64,000 bases of DNA, taken from Neoconidiobolus thromboides FSU 785. Lineage: Eukaryota; Fungi; Entomophthoromycota. The notes beneath the pieces are model-generated. The model searched no databases. It was not told the origin of the DNA and worked only from the letters and a program-made list of their open reading frames with translations. The DNA lies in assembly GCA_025603075.1 (NCBI GenBank), contig MU626304.1:1-64000 (forward strand). The letters run 5' to 3'. Shown here one piece after another: positions 63,606 through 64,000 of the stretch (position 1 is its first letter; each line of letters begins with the position of its first letter). The position numbers and the translations under genes are program-made.

Positions 63606-64000
63606 ATAAAAAGACCATTGTTCTGAATAGGTTTAAAATTTATAGCATAAATTTAATAACAATAATAAATTATAAGTAATCATGAAAAATAAGTTGTTTT
63701 GATTTAGCAATATCATTAATACGAACTACCCTTTGACATTATATACATCTATGGTATTTATTATAAGTCAAATAGACGAAATAGATAATTCGAACAAACT
63801 TTTAAGCTACATAATCCCCACAAATTAAACACTAATATATGTATACTCAATTTTCTGATTAAATTAATCATTTATGGTATTTTGCCTAAAATAAATTAAA
63901 CAATATAAAAGCTGAAATCAAAAAAGTTACTTGATACAATCCAGAGTAATAACCTGCAAAATACCATGAAGATAACAGGTTTTCCAAATCAACGTCTTGT

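Overview
Very AT-rich eukaryotic DNA with many short (~45-90 bp) GT-AG introns. The gene content is fungal, and my inference is an early-diverging fungus such as a Conidiobolus-like entomophthoralean. Housekeeping genes (CDC123, GDP-fucose transporter, TGL2-like lipase, WD40 protein, HECT E3 HUL5/UBE3C, presequence protease CYM1, PheRS-beta, ACSF2, RNA triphosphatase CET1, LCP5, SPT2) alternate with accessory stretches. The 0-15 kb accessory island holds a GPCR-like gene, a cytochrome P450, a Zn2Cys6 transcription factor, three secreted I78-type protease-inhibitor paralogs (two intact, one frameshifted; the ORF track misses the inhibitor domain because it lies in exon 2) and a tail-to-tail pair of 10-cysteine small secreted proteins. 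The dominant unannotated structure is a ~100-bp fold-back MITE (GGGGATG...CATCCCC) with 28 clear copies. Its flanks show 4-bp AWWT target-site duplications, which fits the Sola superfamily rather than Tc1/mariner. The window also has a dispersed family of tiny secreted-peptide genes and relics, a probably domesticated pogo/CENP-B gene, a kelch pseudogene and a 405-bp N gap inside a secreted-protein gene. I saw no rRNA, tRNA or CRISPR. All exon and intron calls were read by eye.
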